Source of the DNA: Acidobacteriota bacterium
Lineage (GTDB): Bacteria > Acidobacteriota > UBA4820 > DSQY01
Reading direction: 5' to 3'
DNA length: 64,000 nucleotides
Assembly: GCA_049967655.1 (NCBI GenBank)
Contig: JBMFSH010000013.1
Coordinates: 9,661 to 73,660 of the forward strand
Every line of letters begins with the position of its first letter. Position 1 is the first letter of the stretch. The translations under genes were made by a program, and so were the position numbers. Below are positions 1-10,611 of the stretch, in pieces. The notes under the pieces were generated by a model. It searched no databases. It had not been told where the DNA came from and saw only the letters and a list, made by a program, of their open reading frames with translations.

Positions 1-9
1 ACCCTCGAT

Positions 10-1392
10 TCATGGCCTTCCCTCCATGCCCGCCACGATCTGTTCGCCGATGTTGGTGATGGTCCCAGCGCCCAGGGTGAGCACCAGGTCCCCGGGCCTG
101 ATGAGCGGGAGGACGAACTCGGGTAGCTCCTCGACCGCCGGACAGAAGTGGACCTGGGTCCGGCCCAGCTCCTTCATGCGGTCCGCCAAGGCCGCCCCCG
201 TCACACCGGCGATGGGGGGCTCGCTGGCGGCGTAGACCTCGGTCACCACCACCAGGTCGGCCTCCGACAGCACCGATGCGAAGTCCGCGATAAGGGCCGC
301 CAGCCTGGAATAGCGGTGGGGCTGGAAGAGGACCACGAGGCGGCCCTCTCCGGCGGTCCGCCGGGCCGCCTCGAAGGTGGCCCTGATCTCCGTGGGATGG
401 TGGCCGTAATCGTCGTAGACCCTCACTCCCCCGGCCTCTCCGCGGAACTGGAACCGGCGGTCCGCGCCCGGGAAGGTGGCGAGGTGCTCCCTTTGGGTCT
501 CCAGCGGCACCTCGAGTTCGTCGCAGACCGCCAGGGCGGCGAGGGCGTCGAGAACCACGTGCCGGCCGGCTTGGGGCAGCGAGAAGAGGCCTCGATCGCT
601 CCCTCGAACGCTCAGCCTAAAGCGCTCCCCGGGTCCCTCGGAGGGCGCGCTCTCGGCGAGGAAGTCAGCCGGGGGTCGCAACCCGTAGGTCACCGCGCGT
701 CGTTTGAGGCGCGGCAGGAGCCCCCTGGCGTTGGCGTCGTCGCTGCAAAGGATGCAGGCCCCGTAGAAGGGCACCTTGTTGGCGAACTGGAGGAAGGCCT
801 CCACCACGTCGGAGAGCGCGGGGTAGCAGTCCACGTGCTCCCAGTCGATGTTGGTGACCACCGCGAGGGACGGGGAGAGGAGCAGGAAGGAGCGGTCCGA
901 TTCGTCCGCCTCAGCCACGAGCAGGTCGCTGTGGCCCAGACGGGCGGAGGCGTCCAGGGTGGAAAGGCGACCGCCGATCACCACCGTCGGGTCCATGCCG
1001 GCCCCGTGCAGGAGGTGAGAGATCATGGCCGTGACCGTGGTCTTGCCGTGCGAGCCGGCGACGGCCACGGAGGTCTTCATGCGCATGAGCTCGGCCAGCA
1101 TCTCGGCCCTCGGGATGACCGGGATGCCCAGCCGGCGGGCCTCCTCGATCTCCGGGTTCAGGGGTGAGACGGCAGAGGAGTAGACCAGAACTTGGCCGTC
1201 GCCGAGGTTTTCGGCGCGGTGGCCCACGGCGATGCGGGCTCCCCGGGCGGCGAGCCGGCGGGTGACGGGGGACTCCTTGAGGTCTGAGCCGCTCACGGTG
1301 AAGCCCATGTTGAGGAGCACCTCGGCGATGCCGCTCATGCCGATTCCGCCCACTCCCACAAAGTGGACCCGCTGGATTCCGAGGAGCTTCAC
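10..1392 (-). CDS. murC: UDP-N-acetylmuramate--L-alanine ligase
   Basis: HFVGVGGIGMSG, AGSHGKTT, EADESDRSF and DDYGHHPTE motifs. GTG start at 1392 overlaps the murG stop; the longer ORF-track extension is shadow sequence. Confidence 0.97.
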   Translation of the reverse strand: MKLLGIQRVHFVGVGGIGMSGIAEVLLNMGFTVSGSDLKESPVTRRLAARGARIAVGHRAENLGDGQVLVYSSAVSPLNPEIEEARRLGIPVIPRAEMLAELMRMKTSVAVAGSHGKTTVTAMISHLLHGAGMDPTVVIGGRLSTLDASARLGHSDLLVAEADESDRSFLLLSPSLAVVTNIDWEHVDCYPALSDVVEAFLQFANKVPFYGACILCSDDANARGLLPRLKRRAVTYGLRPPADFLAESAPSEGPGERFRLSVRGSDRGLFSLPQAGRHVVLDALAALAVCDELEVPLETQREHLATFPGADRRFQFRGEAGGVRVYDDYGHHPTEIRATFEAARRTAGEGRLVVLFQPHRYSRLAALIADFASVLSEADLVVVTEVYAASEPPIAGVTGAALADRMKELGRTQVHFCPAVEELPEFVLPLIRPGDLVLTLGAGTITNIGEQIVAGMEGRP

Positions 1393-2480
1393 GTCTCCCT
1401 CCCGAGACGGAGCAGGAGCTCCGCGATGTCGCCCGCCGCGTTCGGCCTCGCCAGGGTCACCAGCGCTTGCACCATCCTCCTGCGGACGTCCGGATCGGCC
1501 AGGGTGATAAGGGAGGTCATGAGGGAGGCGGAATCCAGATCCTGCTGGAGGACGCACAAAGCCCCGCCCATCCTTTCGAGCCCCTGGGCGTTCATGGCCT
1601 GGTGGTCTCCGGCCGCTTGCGGGAAGGGGATCAGCAAGGCGGGGCGGCCCACCATGGCCAGTTCGGCGAGGGTGGTGGCGCCGGCCCTGCACGCCACGGC
1701 GTGGCACCAGGCGTACTCCTTCTCCATCTCGAAGAGGAAGGGCTCCACCCGGGCGGAAAGGCCGGAACGCTCGTACGCGCCGCGCACCTCCGCCAGCTCC
1801 TCAGCGCCGGTCTGGTGGACGATCTCGATGCCGCCGGGAAAGGATTTGAGCTCCGGCAGGAGCTGGACCATGGCGGCGTTGATGGCGTGCGCTCCGCGGC
1901 TCCCTCCGAAGACGAGCAGACGGAAGGGCCGCGCGGGCGGTCTCTCGGCTCCCACTTCGGCCAACTGCGCCCGGACCGGATTACCCAGGAACAGGCCCTT
2001 GCCCCCGAAGGAGGCGAGCGTCTGCGGGAAGGCGGTCACGACGCGCGCCGCCAGGTGGCCCAGGAGGCGGTTGGCCATGCCCGGACTCACGTTTTGTTCG
2101 AGCAGCACCAGCGGAACGCCCGTCAGCCCCGCGGCTAGAGACGTGGGAAGTGAGGCGTAGCCCCCGACGCCCAGCACCACGTCGGGGCGGAAGCGCAGGA
2201 GGGTCCAGAGGCTGGAGGCCAGGGCGAAGGGGAGGACCAGCAGGGCGCGAAGCCGCCGGAGGAGGTTAACGCCGGCGAAGCCGTAGACCGCCAGTCCCTT
2301 GAAGGAGAAGCCATACCGCGGCGCAAGCGAGGCCTCGATCCCATAGCGGCCTCCCACGAAGAGGATCTTCGAGGCCGGGGCCTCCTTGAGCACCGCCTGG
2401 GCAGCCGCCAGGCCCGGGAAGAAGTGCCCTCCCGTCCCGCCTCCCGCCACGATCATCCTGAACTCTCCCTTCTCCCGCAT
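1389..2480 (-). CDS. murG: Lipid II GlcNAc transferase
   Basis: GGGTGGH, GNPVR, FGGSRGA and RAGATT motifs; dcw position. Confidence 0.97.
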   Translation of the reverse strand: MREKGEFRMIVAGGGTGGHFFPGLAAAQAVLKEAPASKILFVGGRYGIEASLAPRYGFSFKGLAVYGFAGVNLLRRLRALLVLPFALASSLWTLLRFRPDVVLGVGGYASLPTSLAAGLTGVPLVLLEQNVSPGMANRLLGHLAARVVTAFPQTLASFGGKGLFLGNPVRAQLAEVGAERPPARPFRLLVFGGSRGAHAINAAMVQLLPELKSFPGGIEIVHQTGAEELAEVRGAYERSGLSARVEPFLFEMEKEYAWCHAVACRAGATTLAELAMVGRPALLIPFPQAAGDHQAMNAQGLERMGGALCVLQQDLDSASLMTSLITLADPDVRRRMVQALVTLARPNAAGDIAELLLRLGRET

Positions 2481-2534
2481 CAAACGCCGTCCGCCCTTCC
2501 CACTCCCGGCCCCATGGGCCCGGTGCCCGACGAG

Positions 2535-3623
2535 CTACTCGTACTGGCTCACGTTCAGAAGAATCCCGACGCCCGCCATGGTCACCACCAGGTTCGAACC
2601 CCCGTAGCTCAGGAGCGGTAACGGGAGTCCCTTGGTGGGCAGGAGGGTTAGAGTCACCATCATGTGGATGATCGCCTGGAGCACCACCCAAGCCACGATA
2701 CCCATGGCTAGGAAGGCTCCGAAGGTGTCGGGGGCCGAGCGCATGGCCCTGAGTCCCCGGTAGCCGAAGAAGAGGAAGCCAAGGAGCACCGCCACGCTGC
2801 CGAGAAAGCCCAGCTCCTCGCCGATCATGGAGTAGATGAAATCGGTGTGGGGCTCGGGTAGAAAGAGCAGCTTCTGGCTGCTGCCTCCCACCCACTTCCC
2901 AATCAGGCCTCCACTGCCCGCGGCGATGAGGGACTGCTGGGCCTGAAATCCCGCGTGCTGGGGATCGGAGCCAGGATTCATGAAGGTCATGAGCCTCTGC
3001 ACGCGGTAGGGGCTCGAGAGGGCGAGGACCAGAAAGGCCAGGAGACCCACGGCGCCCATCGCGCCGAGCCATTTCCAGGGGAGTCCGGCGATGAGCAACA
3101 CGGAGCCCAGGATGACGCCGAGCACCACCACGGTGCCCAGGTCGGGCTGGATGAGGATGAGAGCGGCGGCAAAGCCGAAGTAGAGGCCCAGGGGCAGCAG
3201 GACCTGGCCCCACTCCTTTCCCTCCCGGACGCGCTTCTCCAGCATGTAGGCGACGAACAGAACCATGACGAGCTTGGCGGTCTCTGAAGGTTGGATGGTG
3301 ATGGAGCCGACCTTGATCCAGCGGTGGGAGCCGTTGATGGCCGGGCTCACCAGGGCGAGAAGGAGCATCAGGATCTCCAGGGCGAGGAGGGAGAGAATGA
3401 CCTTGCGCTCCTTCCAGAAGGTGTAGGGCACCCGCAGCATGGCGAGCATGGCCACCAGGGCGATGGCCGCCCAGATGCACTCCCGGTAGAAGAAGTAGTT
3501 CGGGTTCCCCTTCCGCGTGAGGGCCAACACGGCCGAGCTTGAATAAATCATCACGAGGCCCATGGCGAGGAGCCCGAGGGTGATGACCAGCAGCGATCGG
3601 TCGAAGCGCAGGAGGCGGCTCAT
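2535..3623 (-). CDS. ftsW: SEDS peptidoglycan polymerase FtsW
   Basis: Polytopic membrane protein with IQPSE, QPDLGT, LPEPHTDFI and SYGGS motifs; between murD and murG. Confidence 0.96.
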   Translation of the reverse strand: MSRLLRFDRSLLVITLGLLAMGLVMIYSSSAVLALTRKGNPNYFFYRECIWAAIALVAMLAMLRVPYTFWKERKVILSLLALEILMLLLALVSPAINGSHRWIKVGSITIQPSETAKLVMVLFVAYMLEKRVREGKEWGQVLLPLGLYFGFAAALILIQPDLGTVVVLGVILGSVLLIAGLPWKWLGAMGAVGLLAFLVLALSSPYRVQRLMTFMNPGSDPQHAGFQAQQSLIAAGSGGLIGKWVGGSSQKLLFLPEPHTDFIYSMIGEELGFLGSVAVLLGFLFFGYRGLRAMRSAPDTFGAFLAMGIVAWVVLQAIIHMMVTLTLLPTKGLPLPLLSYGGSNLVVTMAGVGILLNVSQYE

Positions 3624-4960
3624 GGCGTCATGGCCTCCCGGACCCAGGCCGTGAACTGTTCCCCCCTGTCTTCGAAGTTGCGGAACTCGTCGAAGGAGGC
3701 GCAGGCCGGAGAGAGCACCACGCTATCTCCCGGCGAGGCCATGGCCAGGGCTGCGGTCGTGGCCTCGCGAAGGGTGGCGTAGCTCTCCACGGGCAACGCC
3801 CCCCTGAAGGCCTGAACCACCTTGTCGCGCGCGGCGCCGAAGGCGATTACGGCCCGGCAGCACCTCCGCGCCTCAGGAACCAGGCTCGCCCAGTCGGCCC
3901 CCTTGTCCTTCCCGCCGAGCAGGAGGATCACGCCCGAGCGGAAGGCCGTGAGGGCCTTGAGCACGGCGTCCGTGTTGGTGGCCTTGGAGTCGTTGAAGAC
4001 CGCGGCTCCGTGCACCTCCCCGACCCGTTCGAGCCGGTGGGGCAGCCCCCTGAACCGGCTGAGGGGCTCGGCGAGCGCCCCCTCCGGAACGCCGGCGCAG
4101 CGCGCCGCGAGGCAGGCCGCCAGGGCGTTTTCCAGGTTGTGCACGCCGGGGAGCGGCAGATCCTTCAAGCGGAAGAGAAGCTCTTGGCCCCCGCTTCGGC
4201 GCCAGAGGGCCTGGCCCTCCCGGACGAAGGCGCCCTCGGGCAGTTCGCCGACGGTGGCGAAGGGCACGTGTATGGAGGAGGTAGCGGCGCCGAAGGCGGC
4301 CACGGCCGGATCCGTGGTGGAATAGACCGCAAAGTCCGATGGGCCCTGGTTCTGGAAGATCCGGCCCTTGGCGGCCTGGTAGTCCTCGAATCGGGCGTAC
4401 CGGTCCTGGTGGTCCGGCGTGATGTTGAGGAGGATGGCCACGTCCGCCTTGAAGCGCTCCAGGCTTTCGAGCTGGAAGGAGGAGACCTCGAGCACGAACC
4501 AGGTCTTCTCGGTGGAGCCATCCACCATCTCGCAGAAGGCCCGCCCGAGGTTCCCGCCCGTTCGCACGTCGGAGAAATGGGCACCCAGCAGCTTGCCGAG
4601 GAGCGTGGTGGTGGTGCTCTTCCCATTGGACCCTGTGACGGCGGCGATGCGGCCCTTGGCGTGGCGGAAGCCCCACTCGATTTCGCCGATGACGGGGATG
4701 CCCCTCTCCAGCGCGGAACGCACCAGCGCCGAGCGGCGGGGAACGCCCGGCGAGAGGATCAGGCACTCCATCCCCTCCAGGAGCCCGGGTGACTCGCTGC
4801 CTCCGTAGAAGACCAGCCCCATCTCCAGAAGCTTCGAGAGGTCGAGGGCGAGGTCCGCGGTGGTCCGCTGGTCGCACGCGGAGACCTGGTGCCCTTGGCG
4901 CAGAGCCAGGTGCGCCGCCCAATAGCCCGAAGTCCCCATGCCCGCCACGAGAATTCGCAT
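3620..4960 (-). CDS. murD: UDP-MurNAc-L-Ala--D-glutamate ligase
   Basis: Start MRILVAGMG at 4960; TGSNGKSTT, EVSSFQL, NDSKATN and SPACASFD motifs. Confidence 0.96.
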   Translation of the reverse strand: MRILVAGMGTSGYWAAHLALRQGHQVSACDQRTTADLALDLSKLLEMGLVFYGGSESPGLLEGMECLILSPGVPRRSALVRSALERGIPVIGEIEWGFRHAKGRIAAVTGSNGKSTTTTLLGKLLGAHFSDVRTGGNLGRAFCEMVDGSTEKTWFVLEVSSFQLESLERFKADVAILLNITPDHQDRYARFEDYQAAKGRIFQNQGPSDFAVYSTTDPAVAAFGAATSSIHVPFATVGELPEGAFVREGQALWRRSGGQELLFRLKDLPLPGVHNLENALAACLAARCAGVPEGALAEPLSRFRGLPHRLERVGEVHGAAVFNDSKATNTDAVLKALTAFRSGVILLLGGKDKGADWASLVPEARRCCRAVIAFGAARDKVVQAFRGALPVESYATLREATTAALAMASPGDSVVLSPACASFDEFRNFEDRGEQFTAWVREAMTP

Positions 4961-4965
4961 CGCCC

Positions 4966-6051
4966 TCACCGTATCTTCAGCGTGGCCAACCCCATCAGTG
5001 CGAACAGGATGGCCACGATCCAGAACCGAACGACGACCTGGGTCTCCGCCCACCCGCCCAGCTCGAAGTGGTGATGCAGGGGCGCGCAGCGAAAAATCCT
5101 CTTCTTGCGCGATTTGTAGGAGGCTACCTGGAGGATCACGGAGATGGCCTCCAAGACGAAGAGCCCTCCGACCACCACGAGGAGGAGCTCCTCCTTGATG
5201 ATGAGGGCCAGGGTGCCGATGGCCGCCCCGATGGCCAGGGAGCCCACGTCGCCCATGAAGACCTGAGCGGGATGGGCGTTGAACCAGAGAAAGCCCAGGC
5301 TCGCACCCACCAGCGAGGCGGCGAAGACCGTCAGCTCGCCCGTGTCCTTCACGTAAGGGATGCCGAGGTACCCGGCGATGACCGTGTTGCCCGCCGCGTA
5401 GGTGAGGATGGCGTAGGTGGAAGCGGCGATCAGCGTGGAGCCGATGGCCAGCCCGTCCAGGCCGTCGGTGAGGTTGACGGCGTTGGAGGCCCCCACGATC
5501 ACGACCACGGCGAAGGGGATGAACCACAGGCCCAGCTGGGGATGAAGTTCCTTGAAGAAGGGCACCGTCAAAGAGGTGTCGTATAGGCCCGTGGCCTGAT
5601 ACCGGTACAGGAAGAGGGCCACGGCCGCCGCGGCGGCGATCTGCAGCATGAACTTCTGCTTGGCGGAGAGGCCCAGGTTTTGGCGCCGCTTCATCTTGAG
5701 GAAGTCGTCGGCGAAGCCGATGCCGCCGAAGGCCAGAGTGGAGAAGAGGAGAGGCCAGAAGAGGGGCGTGTCCAGCCGGATGCAGAGGAGGCTCGAGCAC
5801 GTGAGGGCGGTGAGGATCAGGAGTCCGCCCATGGTGGGGGTACCGGCCTTTACCTGGTGGCCCTTGGGTCCCTCCTCCCGGATATACTGCCGCAGGTTCA
5901 GCCGCTGGAGGGCGCGGATGAGCATGGGGCCGAAGAGCAGAGAGATCCCGAGAGCGATGAGAATGGCGAGCGCTCCGCGGAAGGTGATGTAGCGGAAGAG
6001 GCGTAGGGCGCCGAGGTGGTCGCGCAGCGAATAAAGAAGCGCGTAAAGCAT
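4966..6051 (-). CDS. mraY: Phospho-N-acetylmuramoyl-pentapeptide transferase
   Basis: Start MLYALLYS at 6051; GTPTMGG, NAVNLTDGLDGLA, FMGDVGS and PLHHHFE motifs. Confidence 0.97.
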   Translation of the reverse strand: MLYALLYSLRDHLGALRLFRYITFRGALAILIALGISLLFGPMLIRALQRLNLRQYIREEGPKGHQVKAGTPTMGGLLILTALTCSSLLCIRLDTPLFWPLLFSTLAFGGIGFADDFLKMKRRQNLGLSAKQKFMLQIAAAAAVALFLYRYQATGLYDTSLTVPFFKELHPQLGLWFIPFAVVVIVGASNAVNLTDGLDGLAIGSTLIAASTYAILTYAAGNTVIAGYLGIPYVKDTGELTVFAASLVGASLGFLWFNAHPAQVFMGDVGSLAIGAAIGTLALIIKEELLLVVVGGLFVLEAISVILQVASYKSRKKRIFRCAPLHHHFELGGWAETQVVVRFWIVAILFALMGLATLKIR

Positions 6052-7433
6052 CAGGCCTCCCCCCTTCGGCCTGAGAGCCAGGCAACCAACCCGTCCAGTC
6101 CGATGCCCCTCGATCCCTTCACCAGGACCCCGTCTCCCGCCCGGATCTGCCCGTCCAGCCACTCGGCCCCATCCTGCCAGCTCTCCACGTGAAGGCAGGG
6201 GCGCCCGCTCGCCGCAAAGGCCTCGGCCATGGCCTCGGCCTCCTTCCCCCCAACGGCTAGCAGGCAGGCCACCCCCAGATCGGCGGCCCGTGCGCCGACG
6301 AGGCGGTGGTGCTCGATGGATTGCACTCCTAGTTCGAGCATGGACCCCAATGCCCCGACGACCCGACGCCCCCAGCCCGCGGAGGTCTGGAGTGCCAGCA
6401 CCACCGCCGCCGGGTTGGCGTTGTAGGAGTCGTCGAAGAGGAGCACCTGGTCGCGCAGCTGGCGGGCCTGGCCGCGGTGGGGGGCAGCCTTCAGCGAGGC
6501 GGCCGCGGCCGCGCATTCCTCGAGGGAAAGCCCGTAGTGGCGCCCCGCCCTGCAGGCGCCCGCGAAGTTGATGAGGTTGTGGAGGCCGGGCACGGGAAGG
6601 AATCCTTCCGCGCTGCCTCGGGAGTCGTGGAGGCGGAAGGGCGTCCCCTCCGGGCCCGCGCTTCCGGCCGCCTCGATCCAGAGTTCGGCACCGGGCTGTG
6701 TGCCGTAGGTGAGGCGGCCCAATTCCTCCGGAATGGCCATCTGCGCGAGCAGCGGGTCCGAGGCGTTGACGATGGCGAACCCCCGGGGGTCGGTCCTGCG
6801 GAGGACCTTGGCCTTCTCGTCGCGGATCGCCTCGAGGGAGGGGAAGAACTCCGTGTGTACGGGCTGGATGTTCGTGAAGAGAACGCCCGTGGGAGCGCCC
6901 AACGGAGCCAGCGCATCCATCTCCGATGGGTGGCTGATGCCCATCTCGAGCACCCAAAACCGGGCCTGCATGTCCGCCGCCATGAGCGTTTCGGGGAGGC
7001 CCAGCAGGTTGTTCCGATTGCCAGCCGTGGCCGACACCACGCCGAGCCGGCCCAGCACGGCGGCCGAGAAATCCTTCGTCGTGGTCTTCCCGCAGGAGCC
7101 GACGATGCCGAGCACCTCGCCACGGAACTCGGAGCGGATCTTGATCGCGAGCGCCTCCAAGGCCCTCTCTACGGAGCGCACGATGAGCAGGCCCGCGTCC
7201 TCGGGCAGTTCCACCTCCCGCTCGGCAAGGACGGCGGCCGCACCCGACCGGATCGCCGCGGCGGCGAAGTCGTGGCCGTCCACGCGCTGGCCCCTCAAGG
7301 CGGCGAAGAGGGAAGCGGGGGAGGCGCGCCGGGAGTCCAGACACAGGCCGCGAACGGGGTCCTGCCCGGGCCGAACTACCCGCCCTCCGGTGATGCCGGC
7401 GATCTCCTCGAGGGTGAAGCTCCTCACCGCCAT
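6051..7433 (-). CDS. murF: UDP-MurNAc-tripeptide--D-Ala-D-Ala ligase
   Basis: GSCGKTTTK, DDSYNANP and KGSRG motifs. Confidence 0.95.
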   Translation of the reverse strand: MAVRSFTLEEIAGITGGRVVRPGQDPVRGLCLDSRRASPASLFAALRGQRVDGHDFAAAAIRSGAAAVLAEREVELPEDAGLLIVRSVERALEALAIKIRSEFRGEVLGIVGSCGKTTTKDFSAAVLGRLGVVSATAGNRNNLLGLPETLMAADMQARFWVLEMGISHPSEMDALAPLGAPTGVLFTNIQPVHTEFFPSLEAIRDEKAKVLRRTDPRGFAIVNASDPLLAQMAIPEELGRLTYGTQPGAELWIEAAGSAGPEGTPFRLHDSRGSAEGFLPVPGLHNLINFAGACRAGRHYGLSLEECAAAAASLKAAPHRGQARQLRDQVLLFDDSYNANPAAVVLALQTSAGWGRRVVGALGSMLELGVQSIEHHRLVGARAADLGVACLLAVGGKEAEAMAEAFAASGRPCLHVESWQDGAEWLDGQIRAGDGVLVKGSRGIGLDGLVAWLSGRRGEA

Positions 7434-8917
7434 CCCATCTCCTGCAAGAGTTCATACAGGACCGTGGGGTCGTGAAAGGGGAGCCTGCGCTCCCCGATGA
7501 TCTGCTCCCGCTCGTGGCCCTTTCCCGCCACCACCACGACGTCACCGGGGCCGGCTTCCGCGAGCGCTTCGCGCATGGCTTGGCGGCGATCCAGCACGGT
7601 GCGGACCGACTTGCCCGGCCGGAGCTCGGGCCGAATGCCGGTTTCCACGTCCCTGGCGATGGCGGCCGGCTCCTCGGTTCTGGGATTGTCGGAGGTGAGA
7701 AAGAGGACGTCGCTGAGTCTCGCCGCCACCGCTCCCATGAGAGGCCTCTTGCTCCGGTCGCGGTCTCCGCCGCACCCGAAGACCGTGATGATGCGCCTGG
7801 GTTGAAGCTCCCGCAGGGTCTGGAGGAGGTTCTTCAGGGCGTCGTCCGTGTGGGCGTAATCCACAAGCAAATGAAAGGGTTGGCCCGCGTCCACCCGCTC
7901 GGTGCGGCCCGGCACTCCACGAAGGGAGGCCACTCCCTCGGAGACTTGCTCCGGCGTGGCGCCGGCGCTCAGCGCGGATGCCGCGGCCACCAGCAAATTT
8001 TGAAGGTTGTAGCCGCCGGTCAGCGCGGATCGGACCTCCACGCGTCCGAAGGGCGTCGCCAGGGAGGCGCGAATCCCGTTCAGGTCCATCTCAAAGGATT
8101 CCGGAAAGACCTGTGCCTGCCGGTCCAGACCGACGGAGAGAGGATGCTTGTCCCTGATCTCCTCCGCAAGCCTCTGGCCGTAGGAGTCGGCCAGGTTTAC
8201 GACCGCCGCTCCGTCCTTGGTGAGCAGGTCGAAGAGCGCTCGCTTGGCCTGGTAGTAGGCCTCCATGGTGTGGTGGAAGTCGAGGTGGTCCCGGGTGAGG
8301 TTGGTGAAGGCGGCCACCCGGAAGGGGACGTCCTTCACGCGCGCCAGGACCAAGGAGTGGGAGGAGACCTCCATGGCGCCGTAGGGAATGCCCCGCTCCT
8401 GGAGAAGCCGGATCCAGCGGTGGATCTCGTGAGCCTCCGGGGTCGTGCGCGCGGCGGGCCGAAGCCCCTCGCCGTCGTCGTATTCGATGGTACCTAGCAT
8501 CCCGGCCCCTCCGGCCTCCCGGAAGATGCTCCTGAGCAGGTAGGCCGTGGTGGTCTTGCCGTTGGTGCCCGTGACCCCCACCAGGCGGACCACGCAGTCG
8601 GCCGTGCCGTAGAGTGCCGCCGCGGCCGCAGAAAAGGCCTCGCGGTCCCGGGGGCACACCACCCAGGTCAGATCGGGCGGGATCGGTTCCAGGGGATCTC
8701 CGTGGGCCAGGACCACCCGAGCGCCTCGCTCGTAGGCCTCTCGGGCGAAAGTGCGCCCGTCCCGCTGGAAGCCCTTCAGGGCCACGAAGAGGGTGCCGGG
8801 TGCTACTTCGCGAGAGTCGCAGGTGAGGTCGCTCAGCAGGGCGTCCACCGGGCCGGCCACGCTGGAATGGGGGACCGCGGCCAGGAGGTCGGCGAGGCGC
8901 ATGGAGGGGGGCCTCAT
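7424..8917 (-). CDS. murE: UDP-MurNAc-dipeptide--DAP ligase
   Basis: TGTNGKTT, EVSSH, DYAHT, DNPR (mDAP-type) and GKGHE motifs. Confidence 0.96.
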   Translation of the reverse strand: MRPPSMRLADLLAAVPHSSVAGPVDALLSDLTCDSREVAPGTLFVALKGFQRDGRTFAREAYERGARVVLAHGDPLEPIPPDLTWVVCPRDREAFSAAAAALYGTADCVVRLVGVTGTNGKTTTAYLLRSIFREAGGAGMLGTIEYDDGEGLRPAARTTPEAHEIHRWIRLLQERGIPYGAMEVSSHSLVLARVKDVPFRVAAFTNLTRDHLDFHHTMEAYYQAKRALFDLLTKDGAAVVNLADSYGQRLAEEIRDKHPLSVGLDRQAQVFPESFEMDLNGIRASLATPFGRVEVRSALTGGYNLQNLLVAAASALSAGATPEQVSEGVASLRGVPGRTERVDAGQPFHLLVDYAHTDDALKNLLQTLRELQPRRIITVFGCGGDRDRSKRPLMGAVAARLSDVLFLTSDNPRTEEPAAIARDVETGIRPELRPGKSVRTVLDRRQAMREALAEAGPGDVVVVAGKGHEREQIIGERRLPFHDPTVLYELLQEMGWR

Positions 8918-10611
8918 GGGGCACCCTCCATCTGGGCCAACTCCACGCTGGGTCGGGGCGCCGGGTAGCTGAGGCGCCTGAGCGTGTAGGCCATGATCTG
9001 CGAGAAGGCCGGAGCGGAGACGGAACCCCCGTATATCTTCCCCACGGGTTCATCCACCATCACGAGCACCACCGCCTTGGGGTTTTCCGCGGGGGCGAAC
9101 CCAACGAAGTAGGCGATGAAGAGCTTTCTGCCATCAGGGCTGCGGATGCCGAGCTTCTGCGCGGTCCCCGTCTTGCCCGCCACCGTCACCCCGGGGATGG
9201 CGGCCGCCTTGCCCGTGCCCGCGGTCACCACGTCGGTGAGCATGCCGGTCAAAACCCGGGCCGTTTCGGGCTTCAGGATGCGCTGGAAGGGGGCCTGAGG
9301 CGCATCGGCCAGGATGCGCGGGACCACCTTGTAGCCGCCAGAAGCCACGTCGGCGTAGGCCAGGGCGAGCTGGAGCGGCGTAACGCGGAGCTCCTGCCCG
9401 AAGGAGAGAGAGGGGAGCGACAGGAGCGACCACTGGCTGGGAGGGCGAAGGAGCCCCGGCACCTCCCCGTCCAGGCCCAGGGGCGTCACGGACCCGAAGC
9501 CGAAGAGGCGCATGTAGTGGTACATGGTCTCTGCCCCCACGGCCATCCCGATCTTCGCCGCGCCGACGTTGGAGGAATGGGCCAGAACCTCCTCCAGCGA
9601 GTAGACCGGCTTGACGGGATGTTCGTCGTCGTGGATGGTCTTTGGCCCCACGGTGAGGGTTCCGTTGCCGACGACCACCGTGTCGTCGGGGCGGAAGCGG
9701 CCGGAATCGAGGGCGGCCGACAGGGTGACGATCTTGAAGGTGCTCCCCGGCTCGTAGGAGTCGGTCACGGCCCGATTCCGCCAGTCCGCCGGCGGGGACT
9801 CCCCGGGGGCGTTGGGGTCGAAGGTGGGCGCCACGGCCATGGCCAGAATGTCCCCCGTGTGAGGGTCCAGCACGATGACCACGCCGTCCTTGGCCTGGAG
9901 CTGGCTCACGGTCTGCTGGAGGACCTCCTGGGCTTCGTACTGGATCGGCATGTCGATGGTGATCCGGACCGTGCGGGGAGGAGGATCCACGTCGGACACC
10001 GCGTTCACGGGGATCAGCGTGTTGGCCACGGCGTCGCGCATGAACTGGAAGCGGCGCGTCCCTCCCTGCAGAACCTTGTTCCACTCGTGCTCAAGGCCCG
10101 AGAGGCCACCGTCGGTCCCCATGCACCCGATGAGGTTGCTGGCGAGATCCTGGTTGGGGTAGTACCGCCCCCACTCGTTCATGAGCGCGCAGCCCTTGTG
10201 GCTGGCGCAGAGGGCGCGGGCCTCGTCCATCTGGTCGAAGGGCAGCTTGCGCGCGATCCAGGTGAAGGTGTGCCGCCGGTCCATCTCCTTCAGAATTTGT
10301 TGCGGATCGCGTCCGCTCAAGGCCGCGGCAGACCTGGCCAGGCCGGCGGGGTCAGCGATCTTCTGGGGGTCAAAGGAGTAGAGGGACGGGCAGCGCACGC
10401 TGGCTGCCAACAGGGTGCCGTTCCTGTCCACGATGGAGGCGCGCGGAAGGTCGATCTCGATCACTTCGCGGGCCTGATTTTGGGCCACCGTCGCGTAGTA
10501 GCCTCCCCTGACCAGCTGGAGGTACGCGAGACGAACCGTGATGGTGGCAGCCAGAAATCCGACCATGATGGAAAACCACCGGATCCTGGCCGAGAGGCTG
10601 TCCCGGCTCAT
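8914..10611 (-). CDS. ftsI: Class B penicillin-binding protein FtsI/PBP3
   Basis: N-terminal TM segment; STFK, SSN and KTGT transpeptidase motifs. Start MSRDSLS at 10611 overlaps the ftsL stop. Confidence 0.94.
   Translation of the reverse strand: MSRDSLSARIRWFSIMVGFLAATITVRLAYLQLVRGGYYATVAQNQAREVIEIDLPRASIVDRNGTLLAASVRCPSLYSFDPQKIADPAGLARSAAALSGRDPQQILKEMDRRHTFTWIARKLPFDQMDEARALCASHKGCALMNEWGRYYPNQDLASNLIGCMGTDGGLSGLEHEWNKVLQGGTRRFQFMRDAVANTLIPVNAVSDVDPPPRTVRITIDMPIQYEAQEVLQQTVSQLQAKDGVVIVLDPHTGDILAMAVAPTFDPNAPGESPPADWRNRAVTDSYEPGSTFKIVTLSAALDSGRFRPDDTVVVGNGTLTVGPKTIHDDEHPVKPVYSLEEVLAHSSNVGAAKIGMAVGAETMYHYMRLFGFGSVTPLGLDGEVPGLLRPPSQWSLLSLPSLSFGQELRVTPLQLALAYADVASGGYKVVPRILADAPQAPFQRILKPETARVLTGMLTDVVTAGTGKAAAIPGVTVAGKTGTAQKLGIRSPDGRKLFIAYFVGFAPAENPKAVVLVMVDEPVGKIYGGSVSAPAFSQIMAYTLRRLSYPAPRPSVELAQMEGAP

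Noticed and set aside
1..13. Start of the gene after murC (ATG at 13, MNRG...)
   Set aside because: Probably real given the ATGA overlap, but four codons are too few to identify.
3620..7545. 821-aa and 859-aa ORFs suggesting fused Mur proteins
   Set aside because: The extensions are alternative frames of upstream genes; the real starts are 4960 (murD) and 6051 (mraY).
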